64,000 bases of DNA from Eledone cirrhosa (GCA_964016885.1 OZ024740.1:357988001-358052000), one strand, 5' to 3'; shown: positions 38,620 to 51,823, numbered from the stretch's first letter. Program-made: numbers and translations. The notes: generated by a model from the sequence alone, not told the origin.

Positions 38620-40835
38620 GTTCGTTATAACCTGATCCATCAGCTTTATGCCCCTATAATTGCTCCTCTCTAGAGCATCCCCTTTACCTTTGTAGCAATT
38701 TATGAGAATACTGCTGCACCAGTCTTTGGGTATGACACCACCATATATAGCTTGATTAATGATGCGTGCAACTAGTTTAGTGCCTACTTCTCCTGATGCC
38801 TTCAGCATCTCAGCAACTACCCCCGACGGTCCAGCAGCCTTACCACTCTTCATTTCTTTAATTCCCTCTTGTACCCTATATTCGTCAATCTCAATAGCTG
38901 GTCCCTCTGTCGGGTCTACTGGGGTAATTCCTCTATGTCCCATTCGTTCTCTACATTCATCAGTCTCTCCTAATGATATTTCCAGGCCTCCTTCTTTTGA
39001 TCATTTGTGACACTAAGTACACCGGCATTATTTCGGACACACTTATCACCAACAACATCCTGATTCGCACTGACACACTGCCTTGCAATGCAGAACACCG
39101 CACGTCTCTGATCTTCCCGTCGCAGAACATTGGCAAACCTACTACTCTCAGCCTCCCTGCGTGCTAAGTACACCTGACGTCTAGCTTCTCTCTTAGCGGC
39201 TGTATATCCGTCTCTACTCCCACCATTTTCCAAGCTTTCCATGCCAGTCTATTGTCTCTAATGGCCCTATCTACCGTGCTGTTCCACCACTAAGTCACTC
39301 TCTGTCTGGTTGAAGCTCTGCCCCAACCACAAGTCTCTTCAGTAGCCTGCAGTAAGTTGTCACGCAAGAAATTCCAGTTATCATCTATGTCATACAACTC
39401 TAAATCGTCTTCTTTTTCGTCGTACACATCTTGAAGGCCTTTGCTAAATTTATATTTTAATGAAAGGTCTTTTAACTTCCAGACCTTTCTTTTCCACACC
39501 TTCCTGTATGTCTCATTCTTTCTCTTGCTTACTGAGAGAGATGTCACTAACGACTAACCTATGCTGTGGGGTACATTCTTCCGCAAGGTAAGCCTTAGTA
39601 TTTGACACCATCTGTCTGTCTCGCTGTCTAACTAGCAGGAAGTCAATTTGGCTTATGTGCTCGCCTGATTTGTAGGTCATTAGGTGGTTGGTAGGTTTCT
39701 GGAAGTTAATGTTGCAAATGGTCAGTGCATTTGCATCACAAAATTCAAGAAGCCTCACACCTTCTTCATTTATTGAGCCGTAACCGTGCCCACCATGTAC
39801 CCCAGTGTATCTATCCTGGAGCTGTCCAACATGTCCATTGAAGTCCCCTGCTAGCATAACGATGTCTCTGTCCTCTATCATTGAGGCTGTCTGTAAAAGT
39901 TGCTCGTAAAAGCCGTCTTTCTCTTCTTTACCTAGGCCTGTCTCGGGAGCATAGGCAGAGATTGTCAGTAGTCTCTTGTCTACAACTAACCTAAGCTTAA
40001 TTATTCTATTACTAACTCTAACTTCCTCTATTGCCTTATTGATCCATCTCTCAGCCAGTAATATGCCCATTCCACCTAACACATCATCATTACCCACCCA
40101 GAAAAGCTTATAACTACGCTGTTTGCCTGAGATTAGTCTTGCAGAGGCACCTCCCCATCACACCTCTTGCATACAGCACACATCCACATGCTTTCTCTCC
40201 AGCATCTCCACTATCTCACCAGATCTACCTGTTAGAGTGCCAACATTAAGTGTGGCAACTCTGAGATGCGATGTCCCGTTCCTTTTCCTGTTGTGCGATT
40301 GCTTGATGACAGTTGTGTGGTTCTCACACATGGCCACACTAGCCACCCCACTACCGTGCGCATGGTTAGTGTTATTGCTGTTTACGCAGTTGATTTTGTG
40401 CGATTGCTTGACGACGGTCGGGGGTCTCTCACACATGGCCGCACCAACCACCTCACTACCGTGCGCAGCCCTAACATGGTTAGTGTTGTTGCTGTTGACG
40501 CAGTTGTTGCAATTCTTATTTGTTGTGCTCATATGTTTGGCATTTATTATATTGGTTGGATGCTCTTCCTAAAACCAGCACCACTTTACAGCATGGACTG
40601 GGTGCTTTTATTCGTGCTACCAGCACTAGAGAGGTCGTCTTACTGGACTCAGGGGCCCTATCCACCCCTCCATTTTACAGCATGGACTGGGTGTTTTTAT
40701 TCGTGCCACCAGCACTAGGGAAGTTGTCTTACTGGACTTAGGAGACTTCTCTACCCCGCACCAATTTATTCGGAGTGGTATCTCTCCTAGACGAGTTGCC
40801 TACATTACGGCTTACGGCGCCTCCGTCCGCCCCTT
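38620..40835 (-). mobile_element. RTE LINE 5' half (5' UTR, APE, start of RT), 3'-truncated and degraded
   Basis: VATLNVGTLTGR, CCMQEV, AGDFNGHVG, SQIDFLL, NYRGIKL; 5' motif ggcaactcgtctaggag. Confidence 0.92.
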
Positions 40836-41252
40836 GTCTGTTCTATGATATATTCACGAGGGAGTGATTAGCATACAGCGTCGGACATGTATACCGAATG
40901 TGGTGGAGGTCTAAGTGAGAACCGTAATGGCTGATACATAGAATTTTTAACACAGTTGCAAGTCACATACACACAAATATAAATAACAAATATACACAGC
41001 CATCTTTACGAAAAGTGAGAGCCGTAACGACTTCCACTTATCGTACAAACTGTTGTTACACATACTATTTGAACATAATTTTGTAGATATGAAGAAATGC
41101 CACCTATCTTTAGAAAATCCATTCAGAGTAATATATATATAGTAATAATAATAAATGTGAATGTGAAAACTAAAATCCAAAGAGGGCTCGATAAAGATAA
41201 ATATATATCAAATATATAAGAACCCTAGAGCAAATATATATATATATATATC

Positions 41253-42445
41253 ACCTTGATCACCTTGACCGACCAGTCTGTCGGGCGTCCATTCGGCGCC
41301 GCTGGTCACAGCACGCCGTCCATTCTTCTCTGGATCGTGCTTTCCTCATCCATGTATTCCCAATCGTATTCTTAAAATCGTAACTCCACCCTCGTGGAGG
41401 CCTTCCGAGTGGTCGTTTCCGCTCGCGCGGGTACCACTCGGCAACTGCGCGAGTCCACCGATTATCGGTGAACCGGGCGACGTGTCCAGTCCATCTGAAC
41501 TTGCTGCACATATATTCCGTGATGACCTCCCTCACGCCGGACTTCTGTCTGATGACTTCGCTCCTGATGTGCTCTCTCAACGAGATTCCTAGCATTTATC
41601 TCTCCATGGCTCTTTGAGCCATTACCAGCCTCTGCTCTTCTCTCTTCGTTGTAGCCCAAGTTTCACTGCCATATAACATTGCAGGTAAAACTGTGCTATT
41701 GAAGAGGTTGGCGCGGGTGGTCTTGTCCAACCTCCCCTTGAGCACATCACTTATACCGTTGAACGCCTTCCATCCGGCCCTTACTCTCCGCGAGATCTCC
41801 CTCTCAATTTCTCAGCGCATGCTCGCTCACTTCTTGTCCTAAGTAGACGTATTCCTCCACCTCCTCTATTTCATTACCGCCAACCACCTGTTGGTACGTT
41901 GTCGGACCGCATGAACTTCGTTTTCATGCGGGTCATCTTGAGGCCTACAGCAGAGATTTTGATGTCGAGCTCCGTCAGCATGGTCTGAAGCTGATTCATG
42001 GTATCAGCGATGAGTACGATGTCATCAGCGAAACGGAGGTGGGTAAGTATCTCGTCGTTGATGTTGACACCGCCTTGCCAATCAATGCCTCTGATGATCT
42101 GCTCGAGACACGCGGTGAAAAGTTTTGGAGAGATCGTATCTCCTTGCTTCACTCCCTTCTCGACCGGCACTCCTACGGGTGATGACAGCAGAACTATGTC
42201 GGTGGTGCATCCGGAACTCGCCTCCCTGAGCAGTTGAACGTATTGCGCCTCGACTCATTGCCTCTGCAGCGAGTTCAGCACTGCGTTGATTTCAACGCTG
42301 TCGAAGGCCTTCTCGTAGTCTACGAACGCGACGCAAAGAGGTATCTTGTACTCTTTTGCTCACTCAAGCAGTTGTGTCAGAGTAAATATGTGGTTCATCG
42401 TGCTGTAGTTTTTCCGGAAGCCGGCTTGCTCTCTCTCGGTTGCTG
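41253..42445 (-). mobile_element. GC-rich RTE-1-like LINE 3' part, from a different family
   Basis: DYEKAFDSVE, GVKQGDTISPKLF, HLRFADDIVL, RWTGHVARFTDNRWT, RPLGRPP. Confidence 0.9.
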
Positions 42446-42449
42446 TTCG

Positions 42450-42524
<75 letters not shown>

Positions 42525-42568
42525 ATAAGAAACGGAGAATCAGTGGTGCGATGAATTAAAATTTATTA

Positions 42569-42663
42569 GACATATTACAATCGTTTCTCTGGCGACCAGC
42601 TCGGGGCACGATCGATGTAATGATCGAACCTGACTCTGAAATCGCAAGATCCTCAGATACGTC
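42569..42663 (-). ncRNA. type I hammerhead ribozyme with long stem II and minimal stem III
   Basis: minus strand gacgtat-CTGAGGA-tcttgcga...tcgccaga-GAAA-C-gatt-GTA-atatgtc; 7-bp stem I and intact core. Confidence 0.72.
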
Positions 42664-42778
42664 TCAATTCTTCGAAGCAGCGTTTCCAAATAAGTTTCTC
42701 TATCAGAGCATGAAGTGCTCAAACGGCCTACCGCATGCGGACGCTTTAAGCATCCCACACCAATTATTTATATATATA

Positions 42779-43155
42779 TATGATGACTGCAAACTCTGCT
42801 AAGAGTATTGCAATCGCTTGTAACATCCTGAACAAGCAATACCTGTGCTTTGAATTTTTTTTTAAGTGGGGAAAGGCCTTGCACTCGACCAATCCCACTC
42901 TCTGAGCATCGAAAACACTACCGAAAAGGAGAACTTGTCAACATCATTAGATGCTTCTGAAGCTGCAGGTTTTTTTTCAGAGTTTTCTTCTCTTAGAAAG
43001 GTGTTGTGACAATAACTGGGTGCCTTTCACTACCAGGTAAAAAACAAAACAAAACAAACTATTATTTGGATGGCCGTTGACTCTGTTGAGTTCCTCCGCT
43101 CTTTGCCAGGTCTTGTATTTCATCCGGCAGGGTGTCCAAATATTACCCTCCTCAA
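42779..43155 (-). mobile_element. family B non-coding element copy
   Basis: shares blocks with 18600-19090 and 28415-28500. Confidence 0.7.
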
Positions 43156-43214
<59 letters not shown>

Positions 43215-44160
43215 AATACACAAGAATCAAAGTTATGTTTAAAACATTTAATCGCTGACAATTGTTTCTTCCAAACCTAGGCTTGGTGTCCTTGGAACAT
43301 TATCAATGTTTGTACATATAATTAACCTCCTATTCAACTGAAGAATCATACAGATATATATATATATTGATGTTGTGGACAACAGTTTCATGTTTACAGT
43401 GTGGAATGGATGCGACATATATTATATTATACTATAATTGTACAATAATTCAAATTAAGATTAAAATCAAAATTAAATTTAAAATTAAAATTAAAAGCAT
43501 AGAGTGGAATACATGCAACAGATAATACAAGAGAATAGTCTAATAATTAAATTAAAGAGATAGTACATGCGTTAGTCATATATAAAGGAATGGAACAAGC
43601 AAATGTATCATGCTTATATGAGTACTGTATGGCAAGGTATTACATGAAATACAAGCACTTTAAGCGAATATGTTAGTGTATTATGGTGGTTGCAATGGCA
43701 GGATATTTTCTGTATAGTTCAAATTTGTATGTGTGTAGAAAAAGAAAGTTTCAGATTTCACATCCATTACATAAGTTAAGATATATTTGTATTGAATGTT
43801 TGTTATAGTAATGGATTGTAATGTATTATAATTTAGTGTTATTTAATCCATATTTATAGATTAGAGTTGTTCACTTCCGGATATTAAACCGTTGAAAATT
43901 CTCGCAGCTGAATAACTCTAACACTAACCATGTTAGGGCTGCGCACGGTACTGGGGTGGCTAGTGCGGCCATGTGTGAGGACCCCCCGACCGTCATTAAG
44001 CAATTGCAGAACATGAACATGATTATGATGATAGGTAGATAGATAGATAATGTAAATTTATAACCTTGATTTTTTCTAATAGTGAATATTTGTGTGTTTA
44101 TAAGAAACCTTAAAACAATAAGTAACATGAACTGACATTTTGTTCACACACAAACACACG

Positions 44161-44204
<44 letters not shown>

Positions 44205-44263
44205 CGCGTGTGTGTATATACACACATATATATATGCACACACATATATATGCATATATATAT

Positions 44264-44855
44264 GGATATGTAATAGTAATATACGCGAATGGCAAAGCAT
44301 AAATGAATTGAGAGAGAGACTGAGCATAAGAGGAATCAAATGCTGTGTGCAGGAGAGGCGGTTGCGTTGGTATGGACATGTGATGCGTATGAAGGATGAC
44401 AGCTGCATAAAAAGGTGCAGAGCACTAGAAGTTGATGGAAACCGCGGAGTAGAACTGGGATGAGGTGATAAAAGCCGACTTTACCCAATTACACCTCTCA
44501 AAGGCGATGACACACGACCGTGAACTGTGGTGTCACGCAGTAATACAGAAGACCCGACCCCCCCCCCACGAGTACAAGCCGAAGCTGAAGCATATAGACA
44601 ATATGTCCCCACACCCTCCCACTGCAAAATGGTCGTGTAGGCGCCACGGAAAAAAAGCACCCAGCACTCACTGTAAAGTGGTTGGTGTTAGGAAGGGCAT
44701 CCAGCTGTAGAAATCAAGCCAGAATCAGTTCCTGTATGAGCAAGACATGGTGAGCCGACTGGACACTGCCCACAACAGGACAACCCGTCTAACCCATGCT
44801 AGTGTGGAAGAACGGGTGTAAAACGGTGATGATGATGATGATGATGATGATGATA
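44264..44855 (+). mobile_element. RTE family A 3' fragment
   Basis: ERRLRWYGHVMRMKDD, 3' UTR and (GAT)n tail. Confidence 0.9.
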
Positions 44856-44921
44856 AATACATAAATGTCTGTTAGTTAAGTGTGTAACTAGAGTTACAGG
44901 CAGCTTGCTTTTCGAAGCACT

Positions 44922-44957
<36 letters not shown>

Positions 44958-45051
44958 GATGCGATGTTATATGTATATGTATGCATACACACACACACAT
45001 ATATATATACACTCACACACACATACATATATATTTTTTATTTATACACAT

Positions 45052-45100
<49 letters not shown>

Positions 45101-46254
45101 TGTGTGTGTGTGTGTGTATTCATACATATAACATCCCATATATGTGTGTGCGTGTGTGCATGCTTACTTGACATATAATATACCACACTAAATATAGCTG
45201 TTAATTAATTTCCTTGCTTTCTTTTAATAGTTTTCAAGGTTTTTCATGAGTTTTGAATAGTAACAGTATCATGTCTCGTTATTGTTTCTAGTAAAACATA
45301 GTTTTAAGATATGTAATATTATCACTTTAGGAATATCATGCAATTGTTAAGGTTTTAACTGACTCTTAGGTTTAACCTTGACCTACTCTATCTTACAATA
45401 CATGCAAAGCAGAAAAATGTTTCATTGTAAAAACTAACATAATAAATGAGATCCTTTTAATTTTAACAAGAATTTAAAAGAAAATCTGTGTGTATGTTTG
45501 TGTATCAATGAAAGTATGATCGAGTGATTAATAAGTTATTTTTGCAATTATGAAGTCCTGGGTTCAATCTTACTGCATGATATCATGGGTTAGCTGAATA
45601 TATGCTGAAATTAGTGTGTATGTATGTGTAGAGACATGTTTGTGTGAATGCAACTCAGCTGATTACTTCTTGTCTTTCTTTGTCTTATCAAGTGTGTATG
45701 AGTGTGTGCATTAATGCTCTCTCTCTTTCACTCACTGCCTCCGTCTCTTTCATTCTCCCCATCTCTCAATATCATATGTAAATGAGAGCTCACGTGCTGG
45801 CGGCCCAGTTGTCCCAGCAGACAGAATAGAGATGGTGTTTCCTCGGAAAATGGTGAGGACGACCCATCCTAGCTCGCAAGGCTCACAATTGCAGGTAGCT
45901 AACTCTGTGCTGATAGTGGTGAGTAGGGAAGTGATCCTAGGGCTAAAGACACCAGAAGTCCCCACTGCAATGGCCTTGACCGCAAACCTCGGGTTTCAAC
46001 ATAACCCTAGGTTGACATAAGTCTTATGAGTGAAATTAGGTTGCTGAAAACTGTTTTGAAGCTTGCTGGATAGATTGTATCACCTTCAAATATTGTGCCA
46101 CACTGACTTCGCTTTGGAATTATGTAAAGAGTACATGTGTCTGTGAAATATGGAGCTAACTACAAAGTTACTTAATGGATAGTGTACTTGTTGATCAAAG
46201 AACGGAATCTTCGGCATCAAAATTAACAAAGGATCCTTCGTTTTTATTTTACCA

Positions 46255-47863
46255 TCTATATATAAAAGCGAGGATGTGTGTGTCTGTGTACAACTTTGGA
46301 TACCTAAGGCTTTTACAATTACCAACCGAATTTGACCAAATTTTCTATGCACGCTGTAGAAATCAAGCCAGAATCAGTTCCTGTATGAGCAAGACAAGGT
46401 CAGCCGACTGGACACTGCCCACAACAGGACAACCCGTCTAACCCATGCTAGTGTGGAAGAACGGATGTAAAACGATGATGATGATGATGATGATGATAAA
46501 TACATAAATTACTAATATTATCGTTTGTTTCTTGGTTATTTTTTGTTGCACTTTCAAAGTTAAAAAAAACACTTGTTGTTTTAACTTGTTTCACTATATT
46601 AAGTGTTAATTTTCGCGTTAAGGGCCTAATCTCGCAGCAGTCTCGAATTGATGAGATTTTGATGATGGTTTGTTTATTTTTAGAACAATCATTGTGGGAC
46701 TTTCCATTCAAACCATTGAAACCTACAGATTTTACATTTTTAAAGTAATTTCGTCCACATTTGAGGCAGGCATTATCTATGCTTCCAGCTGTATTCGTAC
46801 ACATCAAACTTTTTTGACAATGAAGGAACATACTGAACATCCTGGATGTCCACGGATATATAAATCTATTAATACTGTATGTAATGCACAGGATGCGGTC
46901 AACTATCCGGTTGAATTTCTAAATTCTTTAAATCCTCCTGGTTTACCTCCTAATACATTGGTTCTGAAAGAGGGAACGCCAGTTATTTTGCTGAGAAATA
47001 TCACTCCTCCAAAACTATGCAATGGTACACGCCTTGTGGTTAAAAAACTGTCTCTACTTAGTATTGACGCTACCATTCTATCCGGATGTGGAAAAGGCGA
47101 GGATGTGATAATAACAAAAATTAGCCTGACTACATCAAGCGTGGATACTCCCATCTCCTTTCGCCGAACCCAATTTCCCCTTTGTGTTGCCTTTGCGATG
47201 TCCATAAACAAGTCGCAAGGTCAAACTCTGTCCGTCACTGGAATTCACTTGGATGAACCTTGCTTTTCGCACGGACAATTCTACGTTGCCTGCTCACGAG
47301 TTGGCAGTCGAGATAATCTCTTTGCGTTTGTTCCGAAAAGAAAAACAAAGAATAACGTCTATCCTGAAGTGCTTTAGTGTTAACAAAAAAACTTATAACA
47401 GCTCTGCCTTGACTTCACCTTACTCATTACAAAACATACCAATGAATATGCCATGCAGGATATTTTGGATTATAAGTTCAAAATTTAACCATACACAGCA
47501 AAGGATGGTCTCAAAGAATAGATTTTCTCTTATTCTACTCTCATTGTTTTTTTTTTTTGTTTGTATACAACTCTGCTTTCATTACAACTTTTTGTACTTT
47601 AGCAAAACTGCCTGTTTTTTTACAGATTTGCAACGTGTATTGTCTTTAATCATTTGTATAACTACATCCTGTTCAGTGTTTTCCTTCATTATCAACATAG
47701 TTTTATGTGTACAAAGATTGCACTAAATATTCATTTGCATTAATTATTGAAGACTTCTGCTTATTTTGAAAGGTTGAGGACAAATAATGTTCTTCTTTTA
47801 CTTCCTAGCTGTATATTCTTAGCATAATTTCAAACCCCGAGCAACGCCGGGTAAATCTGCTAG
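46255..47863 (+). mobile_element. internally deleted Helitron with intact termini
   Basis: A|TCTATATATAAAA start, subterminal hairpin cccgagcaacgccggg, CTAG|T end, PIF1 helicase fragment inside. Confidence 0.9.
46855..47377 (+). CDS. Helitron PIF1-like helicase C-terminal fragment
   Basis: YPVEFLNSLNPPGLPP, LLRNI..PKLCNGTRL, RTQFPL..AFAMSINKSQGQT, FSHGQFYVACSRV, NVYPEVL. Confidence 0.92.
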
Positions 47864-48004
47864 TTTTCTTTAAAGTAATATATAACATGGTGGGAATAAA
47901 ACATTCAAACTGAAAAATTTGAAAAGTAGCAGCAAAAATGATCCAGTGGGGACAGAAAGCCAAGAAGTAAGATCAGTGTTAGCACACATAGTGTAGTGAG
48001 CCAC

Positions 48005-48160
48005 TATAGTTAATTATATAATTATAATTATAATTATAATTATATAATTGTGATTATAATTATAATTATATAATAATTATTATATAATTATAATTATATA
48101 ATTATAGTTATATGATTATGATTGAAATTATGATTATATAATTGCAATCATAATTATGTG
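48005..48160. repeat. (ATTATA)n-like low-complexity tract
   Basis: direct reading. Confidence 0.85.
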
Positions 48161-48249
48161 AAAAATTATCATTAGTTTATTGATCAATTCTGCCCACCCT
48201 TTGTTTCAAGTTTTCACAGTTTCTTCCATACATATTTTTTCTCTGTATT

Positions 48250-48760
48250 AACTCTTAACATCTTGTAATGAGTCAGTCATCCCTCCATTGTAGGTGAAGC
48301 ATGCACAAAATTCTTGTTCTAGACTTTCCGATTTGTTATGACAGCAAGAAGATCCCATCCAGTGAGGCCAGTGTCCCTTGCTAACAGAGTCCTGATGGTT
48401 ATGTTTGGACGTCCTACTTAGTACTTTGCATCAAGTGACCAGAGAAGCAGTTTCCCTGAAGGTTCATCATCACTGGAAACATTACCAGCAAGAACTAAGT
48501 GATAGTATCAAACTTTCGATGAAACTTGTAGGAGGGCACCATAAAGAAACTTCTTGGAAGTGTGTATTTTCCTCGAAATGTTGAACTCCATACATCTTGG
48601 TGTAGAAACCATCAAGTCTCCTTGAGCAAGTGAAATTGAGGGTCCATAACTCTAAACCATATAGCAAGATGACATCGACAATAGCCTTGAAGACCCTGCA
48701 CTTTGTAGGTCATGGAATTGGAGCCTTCTAGACATCAGTACAAAAAATCAGGATGGCTCT
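48250..48760 (-). pseudogene. degraded RTEX/RTE 3' fragment
   Basis: LLYGLELWTL...RRLDGFYTKM, followed by a GRP-like C-terminus. Confidence 0.65.
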
Positions 48761-50866
48761 TGAAATGATTTAGCAGAAAATATGTCTTGATAATGTGGTT
48801 TCATGTGGGACAGGACGTTAAGAATCAATTTATGATTTTTGAAAAGATAAAGTATTAATGTAATATCAATGATGTATCAACATCTTAATTCCTGAATCAT
48901 ATATTTGTGTCTTAATAGGTTTTGTACAGCATATTTGAGCAAAACACTTAATCACTCTTTCACTCTTTTCTATAATATAGCTATGGAGTTCAAAATGTTA
49001 ATTTCTAATAACAACTAGAGCATGTGGTCTTTGAATGTTTAATAGAGGAAAACTTAAATTTTGTTTTACCATATGTACTGCGAAATAATTGGCTACAGGC
49101 TGAAGATTCCATAGCTTTTATGTTCAATGCAATTATGTTCTGGCACTTGTAATTATGTTCAGAACTGTGTAATGGCTGTTTCTATTATCTGTCATTGTGG
49201 TTAGAGAAGTATCGTCTCTGTCAGACTGACCTGCACCATTTTCTTTTCAACAATTAACTAAGCCCCTCTTCAGCATAGACTGGAGGATATACTGGTTTTG
49301 AATTTAGGCAGAAGGCCAGTATTTTGGGTGGGATGTTGATTATATCAACCTAGTACTTGATTTGTATTCTATTTTGAAGGATGAAAGGCAAAGTTAACTT
49401 CAATGAGATTTAAATTCAGTATGTAAAAAACTGGAACAAATAACTTAAAGCATTTTCCGGATGTTCTAACAATTCTGTTAACCCTGCTGAACTTGATATA
49501 GATAATATAATAAATGTTCTATATTTAATAGATTAGCATGTGTATGATTAGATTAAGACTGGAAAACTTTCTGATACTCGGAAAAAGGTGTTACCTAATT
49601 TTCAGTTGAAGAGATTTTCATGTTAAAGGCAAAAATGTTCAAATAGAAGTTATTAGACCACAGACCATTAATGATATTTTGTTGTGTTTCTGGATACAGA
49701 CTACATTGGAAGTGTTCTTGGAGATAGAGAGAGAGGGAGAGAGAGAGATAGAGAGAGAGAGAGAGGGGGGGGGGTGGTGAAAAAGAGGGGTGTCTGGTAG
49801 TACAGTGGAAGTGCACCTATCTTTGCATGATGGCATAGGAAGGGCAGAGAAGGAAGAACAATAAATCCAGTGTTACCTCAGTTTTCATAAATCCTTTGCA
49901 CTCAAGGTTCACACACATTCATCATACATTCTTCATACTATCTACCTTTCACTCTGAGAGAGAACACATTTGTAGCCAACAGAGGGAGTAACTCTTTGAA
50001 GCTTTTCCAACTGGTAATGTAGTTGTTATAATATATTTACTGGTATATGCAAAAATCATCTGATAAGTAACCTCAATAAATTGTGGTAATCACCAATTTC
50101 GGGAATCATAAATTACAAGTAACTGCCACACATTGATATAAAATAAATACTATGTATGGCAACAAAAGGCCTCCATCTCAGAATGAAGAGCAGACTATAA
50201 TACTTGTTTCAATTTGTATGCTGCATGGCTCAAAAGAAATGAGGTATACATGCTTTGCTGGATGAGTAATGAATGTACATGAATGGTAGACCACAAGTGA
50301 ACTGAGAGAAAGGTTGAATATAAGAGGAATTAAATGTAGATGTGTTCTTGAGCAAGGTACTTTATTTCACATTGCTCCAGTTTACTCAGCTTTAGAAATG
50401 AGTTTTCTCATTTTTAAATGTATTCAATCAAATACTCTCTTGCTTCGTCTCAATCAGATACAACATTGTTTTAACTTTATCATAGCTATGATTTAGGACA
50501 GACACAATAGCTTGAGGTCCACTATCCCATTCTTTTATTTTCTTTGTTTTCTTTCGTCCTTTTATTTGTGCTGTTTATTTTATCACACACACATCATACT
50601 AACAGAAAGATTTATTTTTCAGTTAACGATCTAGCTTTTTAGAATGATACCCTCAATTAAATCGTGCGCAACCACTTTGCTGGTTTGAGAGCTGATGAGG
50701 GTGAAGATATGTATGTGTAAACTTGTCTTGTACATCGTCTTTCTTTATTTCCTTCTTCCAGTCATTTCTGTGTGCCAGTGTACTTCTCTTTGTCCTCCTC
50801 CTCTTTCAATCTTTTCTATATTTCATCTGCTTGTCACCCACTTTGTGGATTGTCTCTCTGTTCACC

Positions 50867-50992
<126 letters not shown>

Positions 50993-51238
50993 TTTGTAGG
51001 CAACATTATATATTTTTCTTTTAAAATGTATTTTTGCTTGCAATGTTTACATTTGAATATTCTATACATAATTACACTTTAATATAATTTGTTTTCATTC
51101 ACTTAGTTCTCCGATATATCTATAAATACCAGTGCCATCTGTTACACACTCCAGTATTCTGATGATTTGATTAGTGACGCACACTGTATTTAAGGTCGAG
51201 TGACGCAACTTCGAGTGATCAGCGGCCTTTAGACTCAC

Positions 51239-51423
51239 CTGATCAATGAAATAATTGTTAATACTGTTAATAAAACCCTTTTTGTACAGCTGACCATGTT
51301 ATTCGTCACACTTTCACTATTATTACTCCAAGAATAACCTTCATGGGAATTCTCGCAAACTTGCCACCTAACCAAGGAAACCTCTTGTTGAGTCAAACAA
51401 CGCCGTACGTTAAAACTATCCAT
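51239..51423 (-). CDS. candidate first coding exon of a host gene (signal-peptide-like MVSCTKRVLLTVLTIISLI from ATG 51297)
   Basis: apparently non-repetitive; consensus donor CAG|GTGAGT; aacATGG start context; basic then hydrophobic N-terminus; no downstream exon found. Confidence 0.4.
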
Positions 51424-51562
51424 AGTACAGAGTACTCACAACCTCTAACTAGATTACCTAAAACGATAACTTGTTATCCCATATATATATATATATGAGG
51501 AAGTTATAGCTCACTTGAAGCATTGTGTAATGAGGTATAAACGTTTGAATTTCAAATTCAAA

Positions 51563-51595
<33 letters not shown>

Positions 51596-51823
51596 CGTGT
51601 AGTTAAAAAAAATGACAAAAGAAACAATGAAATCTTGCAAATCATGTCCCTGAAGTATTTCAAATGACATGTGGAAAATCCAGTTTGCTAATATTCCTAG
51701 TGAAAAAATTATTAACAGTGATATAAAAGTATAAAAATATACATTAAATCCGTTTCATTTTAATAATAGTTAACACTGGAAAAAACCAAACATATTTAAT
51801 ATTGCCAAATTTCCATCAGGAGT

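Noticed and set aside
46670-46854. N-terminal extension of the 235-aa ORF
   Set aside because: No helicase similarity; probably a chance read-through across the deletion junction
49596-49720. Minus-strand exon-like segment after a (CT)n tract
   Set aside because: Stops in all three frames before the candidate donor
50686-50732. gagctgatgagggt...gtaaacttgtc, hammerhead-like
   Set aside because: No GAAA and poor stems
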